The position numbers and the translations under genes were made by a program. DNA of 47,282 nt from Piromyces finnis finn (Eukaryota; Fungi; Neocallimastigomycota). Within the stretch, counting starts at the first letter, position 1. Each line of letters begins with the position of its first letter. The DNA is taken from NCBI GenBank assembly GCA_002104945.1, contig MCFH01000109.1:1-47282 (forward strand). The letters are read 5' to 3'. Under the pieces are notes generated by a model. The model had not been told where the DNA came from and made no database searches. It saw nothing but the letters and a program-made list of their open reading frames with translations. Below, one piece after another: positions 36,593-47,282 of the stretch.

Positions 36593-39500
36593 TTAAGAAT
36601 TAACTTCGTCCCTTGAAGTTAAATTTTGTTCTGGTAGAACGTAAGGAAAAATATTTTTAATATGTACATTTCTATCAAGTAGTTTTCCTGTATGTGGATC
36701 TTCAAGTACAACAGTATTAAATTTTTGTTTATTAACGACTTTATAAGGACCATAAAAATAAGGATTTAATTTACTTCTTCCTATTAATCTTATCATAACA
36801 TAATCACCCGGTTTATAAGTCTTTTTTAAAGCTTTGGATAAACCTATTCTATGTTCCCAATATTGATTAGCATGATTAGAATATTCAGTAGCTTGTTTTA
36901 CCCAATTTTGATGCCTTAAAAATCTTCTAAAAATATATTCTTCTTCTGTTTCATTAGGATCTTTATAAATATCGGGAAACATTATTTCTAATGGCCATGT
37001 GTCTCTTCTACCATATAATAATTCGAAACTACTAAACTTTGTTTTTGAATTTTTGGTAGTTCTAAGTGATCATAATGCAGATGGTAGATATTCATCCCAT
37101 TCAGATTCATTTTCAATTAAGAGTCTTAAAGTTTTTCCTATTTCTTTGTTTCTATTCTCAATCATACCATTAGATTGTAGGTGATGAGGAGAAACAAAAT
37201 GAACCCATGATCCATATAAATCAATCATCATTTTAGTAATATCAGAAATAAATGAACTTCCATTATCAGTAACAATTATTTCTGGTGGACCATGTCTTGT
37301 TATTACTTCTATTAAAAATTTTATTACTTCTTCTGATTTCATATTTGGAATTGCTTTAGCTTCAACCCATTTAGTGAAATAATCAACAAGGGTAATAATA
37401 TAAGAATTTCCATGTTTAGTAAGTGGTAATGGGCCAACTATATCTAATCCGACTCTAGTAAATGGTTGTTCAATTGGGGTTATATTATCTTCAGTATTTT
37501 TAGGTAAAGGCTTAGGTCTACAAAGTTGACATTTTCTACAGGACTTTACCCACATTCTAACATCATTCCAAATACCAGGCCAATAATAAGATTTTAAAAT
37601 TCTATTTGTGGTCTTTTCAGCACCTTCATGACCAACAGAATGAGCACGACTAATAATATCTTTTTTATCTTCATCTTTGTAAATAACTTTAAGATATAAT
37701 TCATCTTTTTTATAATAAAGAGTATTATCAACAACTTGATAATTTTTAGTAAAATATTTTTTTATTCCTTCAGGTAGGTCTAAATCTCTTGGATTAAAAT
37801 CAGACAAAATTGCATAAGCACAATTTACTATTTCATCAGAATTTTTAGAAGGTAATCTTGAAAGGGCATCAGCAAAAACATTTTTCTTTCCTTTATCATA
37901 TTTTAATTCAATTTTATATTTATTAAATTCTTCAATCCATCTTGCATGTCTACCTTTTGATGGAATATTCTTTTTATAAAATCCCAGTAATGGTTTATGA
38001 TCAGTAATTAATATGGTAGGATTTTTATTACTTATAATATATTGACGAAATTGTAGAATTGCATAATAAATAGCTAATCCTTCAAGGTCAGTAACAGAAT
38101 AATTCTTTTCTGAAGTAGATAAAGTACGACTAATACAACAAATTGGATGTTCCAATTTGTCCCCCTCCACCTGTAAGAGTACAGCACCAATGCCATTAGT
38201 TGATGCATCAGTACGAATAATAAATTCTTTATTAAAATCAGGATAACTTAAAATAGGATCACTTAATAGACATTGTCGGATATCTTCAAAAGCATTATTA
38301 CATTCTTGTGACCAAATATATTCTTGGTCTTTCTTTAATAAATTAAAAAGAGAGCTTGCTCTAATAGAAAAATTTTGAATAAATTTGCGGTAGTAACTAG
38401 CTAAACCTAGGAATGATCTTAGTTCATTAACATTTTTTGGAGCATTCCATAAAGCAATACTTTGAACTTTAGAAGGAACAGTTTTTAATCCGTTAGGTGT
38501 AAGTACATGTCCTAGTACTTCTACCTTTTCTTGAAAGAATTTACATTTTTGTAAATTAAGAGAAAGATTATATTTAGATAATATTTCAAAAACTTGTTGT
38601 AAATGATAAAGATGTTCTTCTGGTGATTTAGAATAAACAACAATATCATCAATGTAAACAAAAAGACATTTACCAATTAATGGTAAGAGAATCCTATTCA
38701 TTTCTCGCTGGAAAGTAGCGGGAGCATTAGTTAAACCAAATGGCATTACTTTAAAATTATAATTACCAAATTTTGTTGTAAAAGCAGTTTTCTCAACATC
38801 ATTTGGGTTCATAGGAATTTGGTGGTAGCCAGAGTATAAATCTAAAGCAGAAAATATTTTTGCACCATTAACAGAAGATATTAATTCATCAATAAAAGGA
38901 AGTGCATAAGAATCCTTAATAGTAATTTCATTAAGTCTTCTATAATCAATACACATTCTCCATTTACCATTTTTCTTTTGTACAAGTAAAACTGGAAATG
39001 ACCATGGAGAGTGAGAAGGAGTAATTAAACCTTTATCAAGTAATGAAAGAATTTCACTTTTTAAAATATCAGCATGTTCCTTAGATAATTTATAAGGTTT
39101 TAATTTTATTGGTTTATTAGTAGTAGTGGTTTTCTTCTTTTGAAATAATTATAGAATTCATTAAGGGAATATCATTAGCATCATTATCATTACTATTGAT
39201 AATGTTTGTAATTTTCTTTAAACCTTTTTTAGTTTTCTGGTATATATAATCATCATCAGGGTCAATAAATAAACGGTATTTCTTTTGAATACCTCTTCCA
39301 AAAATTATATCAAAGTATGGATTACTTTGTTCAATAATATAAAATTTTTCTAAAATAGTACAACAATTATTAATATTTATTTTTAAAGTAGTAAAAACAT
39401 TTGTAGGAACAGTAGTACCATTAGCAATAGTTATATTTTGTTCCTCATCACTTTTTTTAATATTTTTATTTGATAGTTTATTAAAACCATTTGTAGTAAT

Positions 39501-40292
39501 GATATTGACATTTGCGCCAGTATCATAAAGAATTTTTAAATATTTTCCATCTATATCACCAATTATTAATGGAATATTAGAGTTATTAAAGGAGTACATC
39601 ACTTTTTCAACTTTAGGTTTACATCCTTGTTCTAATTCTTTTCTAAGTGATGGACTAGCAGAAAGTAATTGGGAAAGACTTATTTTTGGATATAAATTAT
39701 TTGCTTCTTTAATTATACTAAATTTATCTTTGGTTTTTAACATTTGTATTTCTGTCATATTTCTTTTTGTGGTTACTTTGGTTTTGACAGAATTTTTCTT
39801 TACTTTTACATCACTTGTTTCATTATTATTTTTAAAAGTTTCTTCATTGGTAGAATCATTAGAGTTATTAATTTCAATAGGTTGGATATGTTCTTTTGTA
39901 TTAGTAACTTCTTCTAAAGGTATTTCATTTGTATTATTTTGTTCTTCTTCACTTTCTATTTCTATTTCTTCATTTGGGGTTTCTTCCATAACTTCATCTT
40001 TATCTTCGCTAATTTTTCTTCTACGAGTATCTCTAATAGCCTTCTTTTGTTGTTTTAAATTCCTAATATTAGGTTGGTTAAGTATTGAGGGTTTGACAAT
40101 ACTTTTATTATTTGGTGATATTTTATTTTTATCTACTGTTTTAACATTTATTTTCTTCTTTTGAGCCGCATTGATAGAATAATTATTTTCATTAGAGATA
40201 TTGGGATTTATTTGTGCTTCTTGTGTATTTTGTGAACTATTTGCAATTTTAGTTTTTATGGGAGATTGCTTACTCCCATTATTTAGTTTAAA
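36593..40292 (-). pseudogene. pol: E pol (PR-RT-RH-IN) with a frameshifting deletion near 39125 and a TGA at 37070-37072
   Basis: ILYDTGANVN, PFGLTNAPATFQ, YIDDIVVYS, RTDASTNG, ITDHKPL, VGLDIVGP, TDNGSSF, FYGPYKV. The frame continues past the TGA (SAL*SLRTTK). No chromodomain at the C-terminus. Confidence 0.93.
40257..40292 (-). promoter_or_regulatory. -1 ribosomal frameshift signal of E
   Basis: U UUA AAC (40286-40292), 6-nt spacer, ATGGGAG-taagcaat-CTCCCAT hairpin; the -1 frame is open for 101 codons to the ATG at 39989. Confidence 0.82.
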
Positions 40293-41251
40293 TGATTGTA
40301 TTCGTCATCTAATTCTGGACAATCATTCGTAGTATGACCTATTCTTTTACAATTTAAGCAAACATTAATTTTTAGGTCAGCAAGCTTTTGAGTTATTTCT
40401 TTTAACTCATCATCATTATTTTGTGGGTATTTTAAGGTACTTTTTCTTTGCTCAACGTTTTGATTAATATTATTAAATCTTGAATAATTTTTGTTATCAT
40501 TATTGTAGTTATTATTTTGAATATTACTATTATAATTATTATTTCTGTAGTTATTAGTATAATTTCTATTATTATAATTTTTAAAACTATTTTGAGTAGT
40601 GTTATTGTTATTCATTCGGTTATAACTATTAAATTTATTTGAATATGCTCTATCATTATTTCTTTGAGTATTATTATCATTTGGAGACCTTCTAGAATTA
40701 ATGGAAGTTCTTATTTTTGGTCTATTTTCTTCAACTATATTGAAAATTTTCTCTTTCTTAATAGTAATGTTTCTGGCTTCTTCTAAACTTTTTGGTTCAG
40801 CTTCTAAAAGTGCTTCGTAAGTTTTAGTAAGGTTTCTAAAAGCATTAATATAGTAAGACAATATGATTTCATTTGACATTTTTAAGTTTGTTTTATTTAT
40901 TACAGAGTCAAATTTAATATTGAATTCAGATACACTTTCATTTTTCTTTATTGTAATAGTAGACAGTTCTAATAATCTAGAATTCTTTGGTACTGAACCC
41001 TTAAAATGACTTTTAAGATTTTTGATGATGGTATTATAATCATCTGGTGTTTCTTTATTTAATGCATTAACTACAATTGTTCTAGCTGTACCTGTAGTTA
41101 ATGATATAAGGTATTCTAACTTTTCTTGTTCTGGTACCTTATATAAATTACACCAATGTTTGAAAGAAAATTCCCAATCATCAAATTCAACCTTTGTTGA
41201 ACCCAAAATAGGTATTCTATTAAAGGTAATACCTTTAGTAGTATTATCCAT
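40283..41251 (-). CDS. gag: E Gag (322 aa)
   Basis: CLNCKRIGHTTNDC knuckle; retrotransposon Gag-like helical region; ends NHLN. Confidence 0.9.
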   Translation of the reverse strand: MDNTTKGITFNRIPILGSTKVEFDDWEFSFKHWCNLYKVPEQEKLEYLISLTTGTARTIVVNALNKETPDDYNTIIKNLKSHFKGSVPKNSRLLELSTITIKKNESVSEFNIKFDSVINKTNLKMSNEIILSYYINAFRNLTKTYEALLEAEPKSLEEARNITIKKEKIFNIVEENRPKIRTSINSRRSPNDNNTQRNNDRAYSNKFNSYNRMNNNNTTQNSFKNYNNRNYTNNYRNNNYNSNIQNNNYNNDNKNYSRFNNINQNVEQRKSTLKYPQNNDDELKEITQKLADLKINVCLNCKRIGHTTNDCPELDDEYNHLN

Positions 41252-42353
41252 TATTACTTATTATTTTTATTTTATTTTATTTTATTTTAATATTCTATTT
41301 AAAAGTTCAATTTTTATTTATTCTCAATAATTTAGTTATAGGTACAATAATATGTTTTTATTTACAATAGTCTTTATTTACAATAATATAATTTTATTTA
41401 CAGGTATTTTATTTACAGGTATTTTATTTATTACTGTTATTAATAAAATATAATCTTATATAACGTTTATATAATGTAATATAAAAGGAGTAATTGGTTG
41501 TTGTTTGTAAACACTTGTAGACACTTGCTTTAGTTTTATTGTAATTAAGAAGATTTTATTTTTTTTTTTGAGAAAATGTTAAGAATATATTTTATTTATA
41601 TTAAGTTATTTATATATTAGTATTGTTAAAAAAAATATTTAATTTAGAGTAGGATGTTTATTTTTATTTCTTTATTATAAAGCCGAAAATAATATTGATT
41701 ATGTTATTATAGTACCTTCAGAGTACCCGACAGTTTCGTCACCGTGCCTTTCGACCTCCACTAACTAACCGTCATAAATATTAAGTGGTGTAATATTTAC
41801 TCATTAGTTAGCGCTCTACTCCCCCACGATATGTGATAAAACTGCACTCTTACTAACTTACTATAAAACACTTTAATTATCTTAGTAATTAATTAACCGA
41901 AAAGATAAACAAAAGTTATTTTTCGCTGAAAATTAACTAAAAAGACAACTCAATATTATTGCTTTTATTATTTAAAATTTATAACAATACTTTTAACTTT
42001 ATTTGACCGATGATTATATTTTATAATTAAATAATTTTTATCTTTAATTTATAAATTATAATTATTAATTTATAATTATAATTTATGTATTTCTTTTTCT
42101 TTTTTTAAAAAAAATAATTAAATATAAAACTTTATTTACAGGATTTATTTTTCGCTTTTTAGTGCCTTACAACAATTTAATTAACCGGCAAAAGCTACTA
42201 ACTAGAGGTGATATACTAGACCTCAAAATAAATTTAAACTATATATTTTTATGTCGCTTTACCTTCGCGACAAACCTTTAGCCTTCGGTGACTAAAGTTC
42301 CTTATTCGCCAGAGTTCACAAAAGTATTCAACTTGAGAGTCCTGTATTGCGTG

Positions 42354-42354
<1 letters not shown>

Positions 42355-42410
<56 letters not shown>

Positions 42411-42942
42411 TTCCGAGTGCATTTCTCCCATCGATCAGAGTTAGCTCCAATGGTGGTTCTTAGAGAAACGTTGGCTCATTCCTATTGCTAGGTGGTTGTG
42501 ACCCTCCTGGTCTGTCATACTGTTTCTTCAGCTTCGACGCTCACTTAATCCATGTACATTAGATGCATGTCGTTGTACGATATTTCACAACTACAATGCT
42601 AAGCCTCTTATAGTCAATTTGATCACGTGTCAACCGCCCCCTAATGTTTACACTTAAATTGATTAAGGAATATTATGTGTTTTTGGCATAGCCTAAGTCA
42701 CCACTTATTAAGTTCTAATTTGGAATGTACCATGTACACTAGACCCTCTCAGGCCGGCTAGACGAGTGTTATTATCATAGTAGTAAATTAGAAAGTTCAT
42801 TTATACTTACCTGAATATCATAACCCAACCCATGGCAAACCCAGTGGGAAAATCCACAGGCACTGACATCTGCGGGGTCGAACCAGAAGCCTTATGTATG
42901 CTAAGGAAACGCCTTAACAACCAGGATAAAAACTGGAACGAC
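42355..42942 (-). mobile_element. tRNA-derived SINE with poly(A) tail, inserted in the leader of E
   Basis: ~53-nt poly(A) (T run 42355-42407); 12-bp TSD TGCGTGCTTTTT (42348-42359, 42943-42954); A-box-like TGGTTGTTAAGG (42912-42923); B box GGTTCGACCCC (42874-42884); CCTTAGCAT resembling the tRNA-Ala(AGC) anticodon loop; non-coding and GC-richer than the flanks. Confidence 0.82.
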
Positions 42943-44544
42943 TGCGTGCTTTTTATCACACTAACAATCCCTTCCCCCAAGTAAGCGTGCTATTCACACT
43001 CGTCCTACTTTTACAAATACTTCAGTGATTAACAGCTATAGTTTCTAACCAACTGAAACTAGTTAATTATACACTGAAACTCTGTATATGAGCTCTATAC
43101 GCTCCTAGTATATTTTTACAAGTATTTTTATTTATAAAGTTTTATATTTATAATTTTTTTTTTTTTTTTTTTTTTGGTTTGTTTGGTGTATATATATTTT
43201 TTATATATATATACTTAAATCTTTATTTATTATTATTTTGATTTATTTTTATTATATATTTATTTTTATGTATATATATCTAATGTATATATACCTATTT
43301 TATTATTATAATTAATTCTTTCAACTATCTTATTTATAATATTATCAATCTATTTATCTAATAATTTTTCTATACTATTTTTTTTTTTTTTTAATTCTTT
43401 TCTTATTTAAAATATCTATATATTTTATCTAATATATAATGTTTATATATCAATTTACTATATTAATACTATACTATTAAGTATTATAATTTATTTATTT
43501 TATTTTAATATTGATTTAATAATATTTAAATAATATTTCAATATTGAATATTGATTTATTATTTTAATATTATTTTATTATTTAATAAGTTATAATTTCT
43601 AAATAGATAAAATATTGAGAATATTTAACTATTCTATTAACTATCTATTCTATACTATTATAACTTAATTATTTAATTAATTTCATAGAATATTTTACTA
43701 TTCTATATGAAATTTTTATATAAAGAAAATTTATATATTTACCTTATTTTGATTCTCCGGTTCGAAGGACCATTGATATAATTTGATAATAATCTTAATT
43801 TTGAATTTTACTTCAAAAAGTGATTATTATATTATATCTTTTGTTATAACTATATAAGTTATATTGATTAAGATTTAAAATCGTTTTTATAAAAATTAAT
43901 AAAATTGTTTTGTTAAAACACTAAATTGTTTTATTAGAAACACTTGTTTTTCTAATATTTAAATATTTAAAATTTTTATTTATTTTAGTATAAAAGTGAT
44001 TATTAAAATTATAAAATATTAATCTAACTATATAATATTTCTTTATTAATAATAATAATAATGATTAAAATAAGAATATTTACATGTATTTATATTTTCT
44101 TTTGAATTTAAACTATTTACATTAAAACAATAAAATTAATAACTATTTACAATAAAAGTAATAAAAGTAATTAGAAATAACAATAAAAGAAATAATTAAA
44201 AGTTAAAGAATATAAAAAGTTGTTTATTTTACAATTAATTAAAGTAATAATAACATGAATTATTATATTTGTTTACTTTTAAAGTGTAATTTACTAACGA
44301 AGTTATTAAACATTTAATTTAACAATTAATTTAACAAAAGTTATATATTTTGATCTCGATTAATTAAAGTTTATTATTTTCTTTCAATAATCAAAACATA
44401 TGCAGTGTTTAGGATTAATTTTATTTAAGAATTTTGGTAAAGTACTTAATTAAACTATAACTTGTTTTAAGTTACTTTTAGGGTTAACTTAAAAATCAGG
44501 TATAATAATAATTTTATATTTATTAATTTCATTATTTATCAAAA

Positions 44545-45312
44545 TGTAAGAATAAATACTTATTATTTATTCTTAGTATTAAATATTACAAATAATTTAT
44601 TTAGTTAATAATCATTAATCCATTAGATTATATTAATATATTTATTTATTATTATAGTTATTTGTTAAGTTAAATATTGTAAATATTTATTTAGTTAATA
44701 ATTATTCATTCGCTATATTAGATTAATTAATTTATTTAATTATGTATTTATACATTCATTTATATATATACTTGTATTATAAAAGATAAAACACATACTA
44801 ATTACATTAATAATATTATACAACTATATATTAGTATGTAATAGGAAATCGGATATTAAGGTTTTACCCGTTATCAACGGTTTTACTTAATATTACGATG
44901 ATTGGTATGATTAGAATATCAATCAAATAACTTTTTAGGTTTTTCTTCTAGTCTTTTCCTAAAAAGATTCTTGTTAAGATTAGAATGTTCTTAGAAATTT
45001 TAATTTAATAGAATAAAACATATAAATAGTACTCTTGAGTTCGATTTGAGAAATCAAGAGTTATTATTATAAGATTAATTATAATAAATAACTTTATACA
45101 AAATAATAAGTAATAAAATAAATATTAAAAAAACTATTAAATACACAAAATAATTCTGATACATTTGGTTTTGTTTATTATAATTTCTTATAATAAACTC
45201 ATTAAGTTAAGTTTCTAATTTTACCTTTATTTTCACATTTTAATAATAGTTTATATTATTAATTTAAAGCTAATAATTATTATTATATAATAAATATAAT
45301 ATAATTATTACA
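44545..45312. mobile_element. Solo LTR G, between E and tRNA-Cys
   Basis: TGTAA...TTACA with 5-bp TSD CAAAA (44540-44544, 45313-45317). Confidence 0.85.
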
Positions 45313-45317
45313 CAAAA

Positions 45318-46058
45318 ATTCAAGCGAATGGGGTGTTAGCTCAGCGGTAGAGCAATTGACTGCAGATCAATAGGTCTTCGGTTCAAATCCGGAACGCCCC
45401 TGCATATGACTATGAAATAAAATCTATGTAATTGCTTCTATTCCTTTGAAGTGTGACGTACATAATAATGTACGAAAATACATAGTATGAGTCTTTTTTT
45501 TAATAGTGAACAGTTAATTTTTAAATATATGTAATATTTTCTTTTCTTTTTTTTTTAAGAATTAAAAATGAAATTTCTATTTATTAATATATAAAATACT
45601 GTTAAAAAAAAATAAAATAATTTTATATATTTTATTTACTATTAATTAATTATATAATTATATATTATTTATTTTTATGTATTAAATTAATTATATGAAA
45701 AGTATAATTTTATTTAATATTATATAAATATATATTTTTTACTATTATTAAAATGTCGTTCTTTTCATAATATAAGAAAAGACGTTATTAAATAACTTGT
45801 ATTGAATAATAATAAAATATTAATAATAATTATTAATAATAAATAATAAATAAACTTATTATATATAAATATTTATTTATAAAAGTGTTGGTGTTATATA
45901 AGATATTATAACAATAATATTTAATCATAAAAATACAAATACAGATGAACAAAAATGAAGTATAAATTTTAATAATAGTATTTTAGTATAATGATTATTT
46001 ATAAATATTAACTATAAGAATAAAGTAAAGACATTTATTTTTTTTAAATAGATTATAG
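45318..46058 (-). repeat. Right arm of the inverted duplication, mirroring ~33207-33947
   Basis: Base-for-base reverse complement including the tRNA, trailer and unique AT-rich DNA; one substitution seen (CAAG/CGAG). Confidence 0.92.
45330..45401 (+). tRNA. tRNA-Cys(GCA), duplicate copy
   Basis: Identical to the reverse complement of 33864-33935. Confidence 0.96.
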
Positions 46059-47282
46059 ATAATAAAACTATTAAAATTATAAAATAACTTAAAATAAATT
46101 AATAAAACTAGTGGATATTGTTAAAGCTCGTACAATAGCTGTCGAGATAAAACAATATAAGATAACAGAAGAAGTAGTTAAAAAGTTGTAATATAACTAC
46201 CAATCCGTTATCATGTAATGATAAAGAATGAAATTTATAAATAATGAATTAATAGAATAGCTGATTTTTGTCAAGAATAGAAGACGATTAAAAAATAAAT
46301 TAAATGTTCAAATAAACAACTTAAAAATCAAATTTATATTTCAAAAAGTATAAAACACTTTTAAAAATAATTAAAAAGATCACTTGGAAAAATTTAATAT
46401 TGAAAAGGGTTAAGGATCACAAAAATTTAATTTTCAATAAATTAACCCTTGAGAAGAAAATGTGCTATACGAAACTAGTGATAACTTCTGAATCTCGTGT
46501 CCTATTTTCCTTTTCTAGAGACTTCAAACCAATTTTATTAGAAAGTACTAGTTGAGATCTATATTCTCACAAATTTTCAGCTAATTTAGACCACTAGTTC
46601 TTGAGATATAGCTATTTAAAGAATTAATTAGTTCCAATTAATATATAATAATATATATTAAAATAATTAATATTAATTTATATAATTAAAGTCATTATTC
46701 AAGTCATCCAACTTTCTATAAATAATTTAATTTAAAAATTCTCCATTATTATTAAATAAGGTTAGATAATAAATATTCTTGATTACAAACCTAATCAATT
46801 ATAAAAATTAATTAATAAATTTTCAAATAATTTTGATTAATAACCTCAATCATAATCAAACCAAAAAGCCTTTGGATCAAAAATCATTAGTTATAATTAT
46901 TAATTAATTAATCATGAGAATATATAATTAGTATCAGTAATTGTTATTCTCAATCTATAATATTAAATATTTACAATTTAAATGGTTAAAACAATACTTT
47001 TATTTTAAAAGTAATTTAAAAGATTAATCTTAAGATCTATCATATGAATTCATATTATTAATATCAATATCAATTATTAATATTTTAATTTAAAATTATT
47101 TTATTTTTATCTTTATTATTAATATCAATATTAAAATCAATGTAATTTTATTATATGTAAGAAAAAAGTATTTAAACAAAGAATTGAAATCAATTTTGAA
47201 ATTCTTTGTAAGATTATTAATTATTAATTATTAATTATAATATAACTTAATAAATATTATCTTAATAAATAACTAATTAATA
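46059..47282 (-). repeat. Right arm continued, mirroring 18724-19947 (part of D LTR, end of C LTR, LTR B2; runs off the window)
   Basis: Same D/C junction (46213/46219), same B2 TSD (46264-46268), and the variants of the 19793 D LTR. Confidence 0.92.

Larger units (their letters stand above)
35812..44541 (-). mobile_element. Element E: full-length but defective Ty3/gypsy retrotransposon
   Basis: 768-bp LTRs (35812-36579, 43774-44541) identical by eye; 4-bp TSD AAAA (right copy split by G); PBS TGGTCCTTCGAACCGG (43757-43772, tRNA-Tyr-type); PPT at 36580-36594; ~2.5-kb leader. Confidence 0.95.

Noticed and set aside
42249-42491. Poly-Lys and poly-Phe ORFs
   Set aside because: Artefacts of the SINE poly(A) tail.
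42803-42813. U1 snRNA gene
   Set aside because: Only the first 11 nt match; no U1 stem-loops or Sm site follow.
42230-43110. Organellar, rRNA or intron-derived insertion explaining the GC-rich island
   Set aside because: No recognisable rRNA or group I/II intron motifs; the TSD, poly(A) and A/B boxes explain the central part as a SINE.

Overview
Extremely AT-rich eukaryotic DNA (roughly 15-20% GC by eye). Composition and element types suggest an anaerobic gut fungus (Neocallimastigomycota); this is an inference. I see no host protein-coding gene. The window is a nested pile of LTR retrotransposons around three tRNA genes: tRNA-Ser(GCT) and two copies of tRNA-Cys(GCA). Labels A-J are my own. 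Contents: (1) a non-coding, apparently self-priming (Tf1-like) element A with an array of 8 covarying RNA hairpins; (2) two Ty1/copia elements, one intact and one split by a solo LTR, both with a PBS resembling the anticodon arm of tRNA-Lys(CUU); (3) Ty3/gypsy elements C (non-coding), D (Gag+protease only) and E (full length, defective), plus a Tf2-like RT-RNase H fragment; (4) solo LTRs B, F, G, H, I and J, most with readable TSDs; (5) a tRNA-derived SINE with poly(A) tail and 12-bp TSD inside E; (6) a fold-back inverted duplication with its tip at 35158-35160. Main leads: LTR ends sit 15-17 bp upstream of all three tRNA genes and stack there, suggesting Ty3-like Pol III targeting, and the structured hairpin array in A has no function I can assign. 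All coordinates, alignments and folds were read by eye and need computational confirmation.
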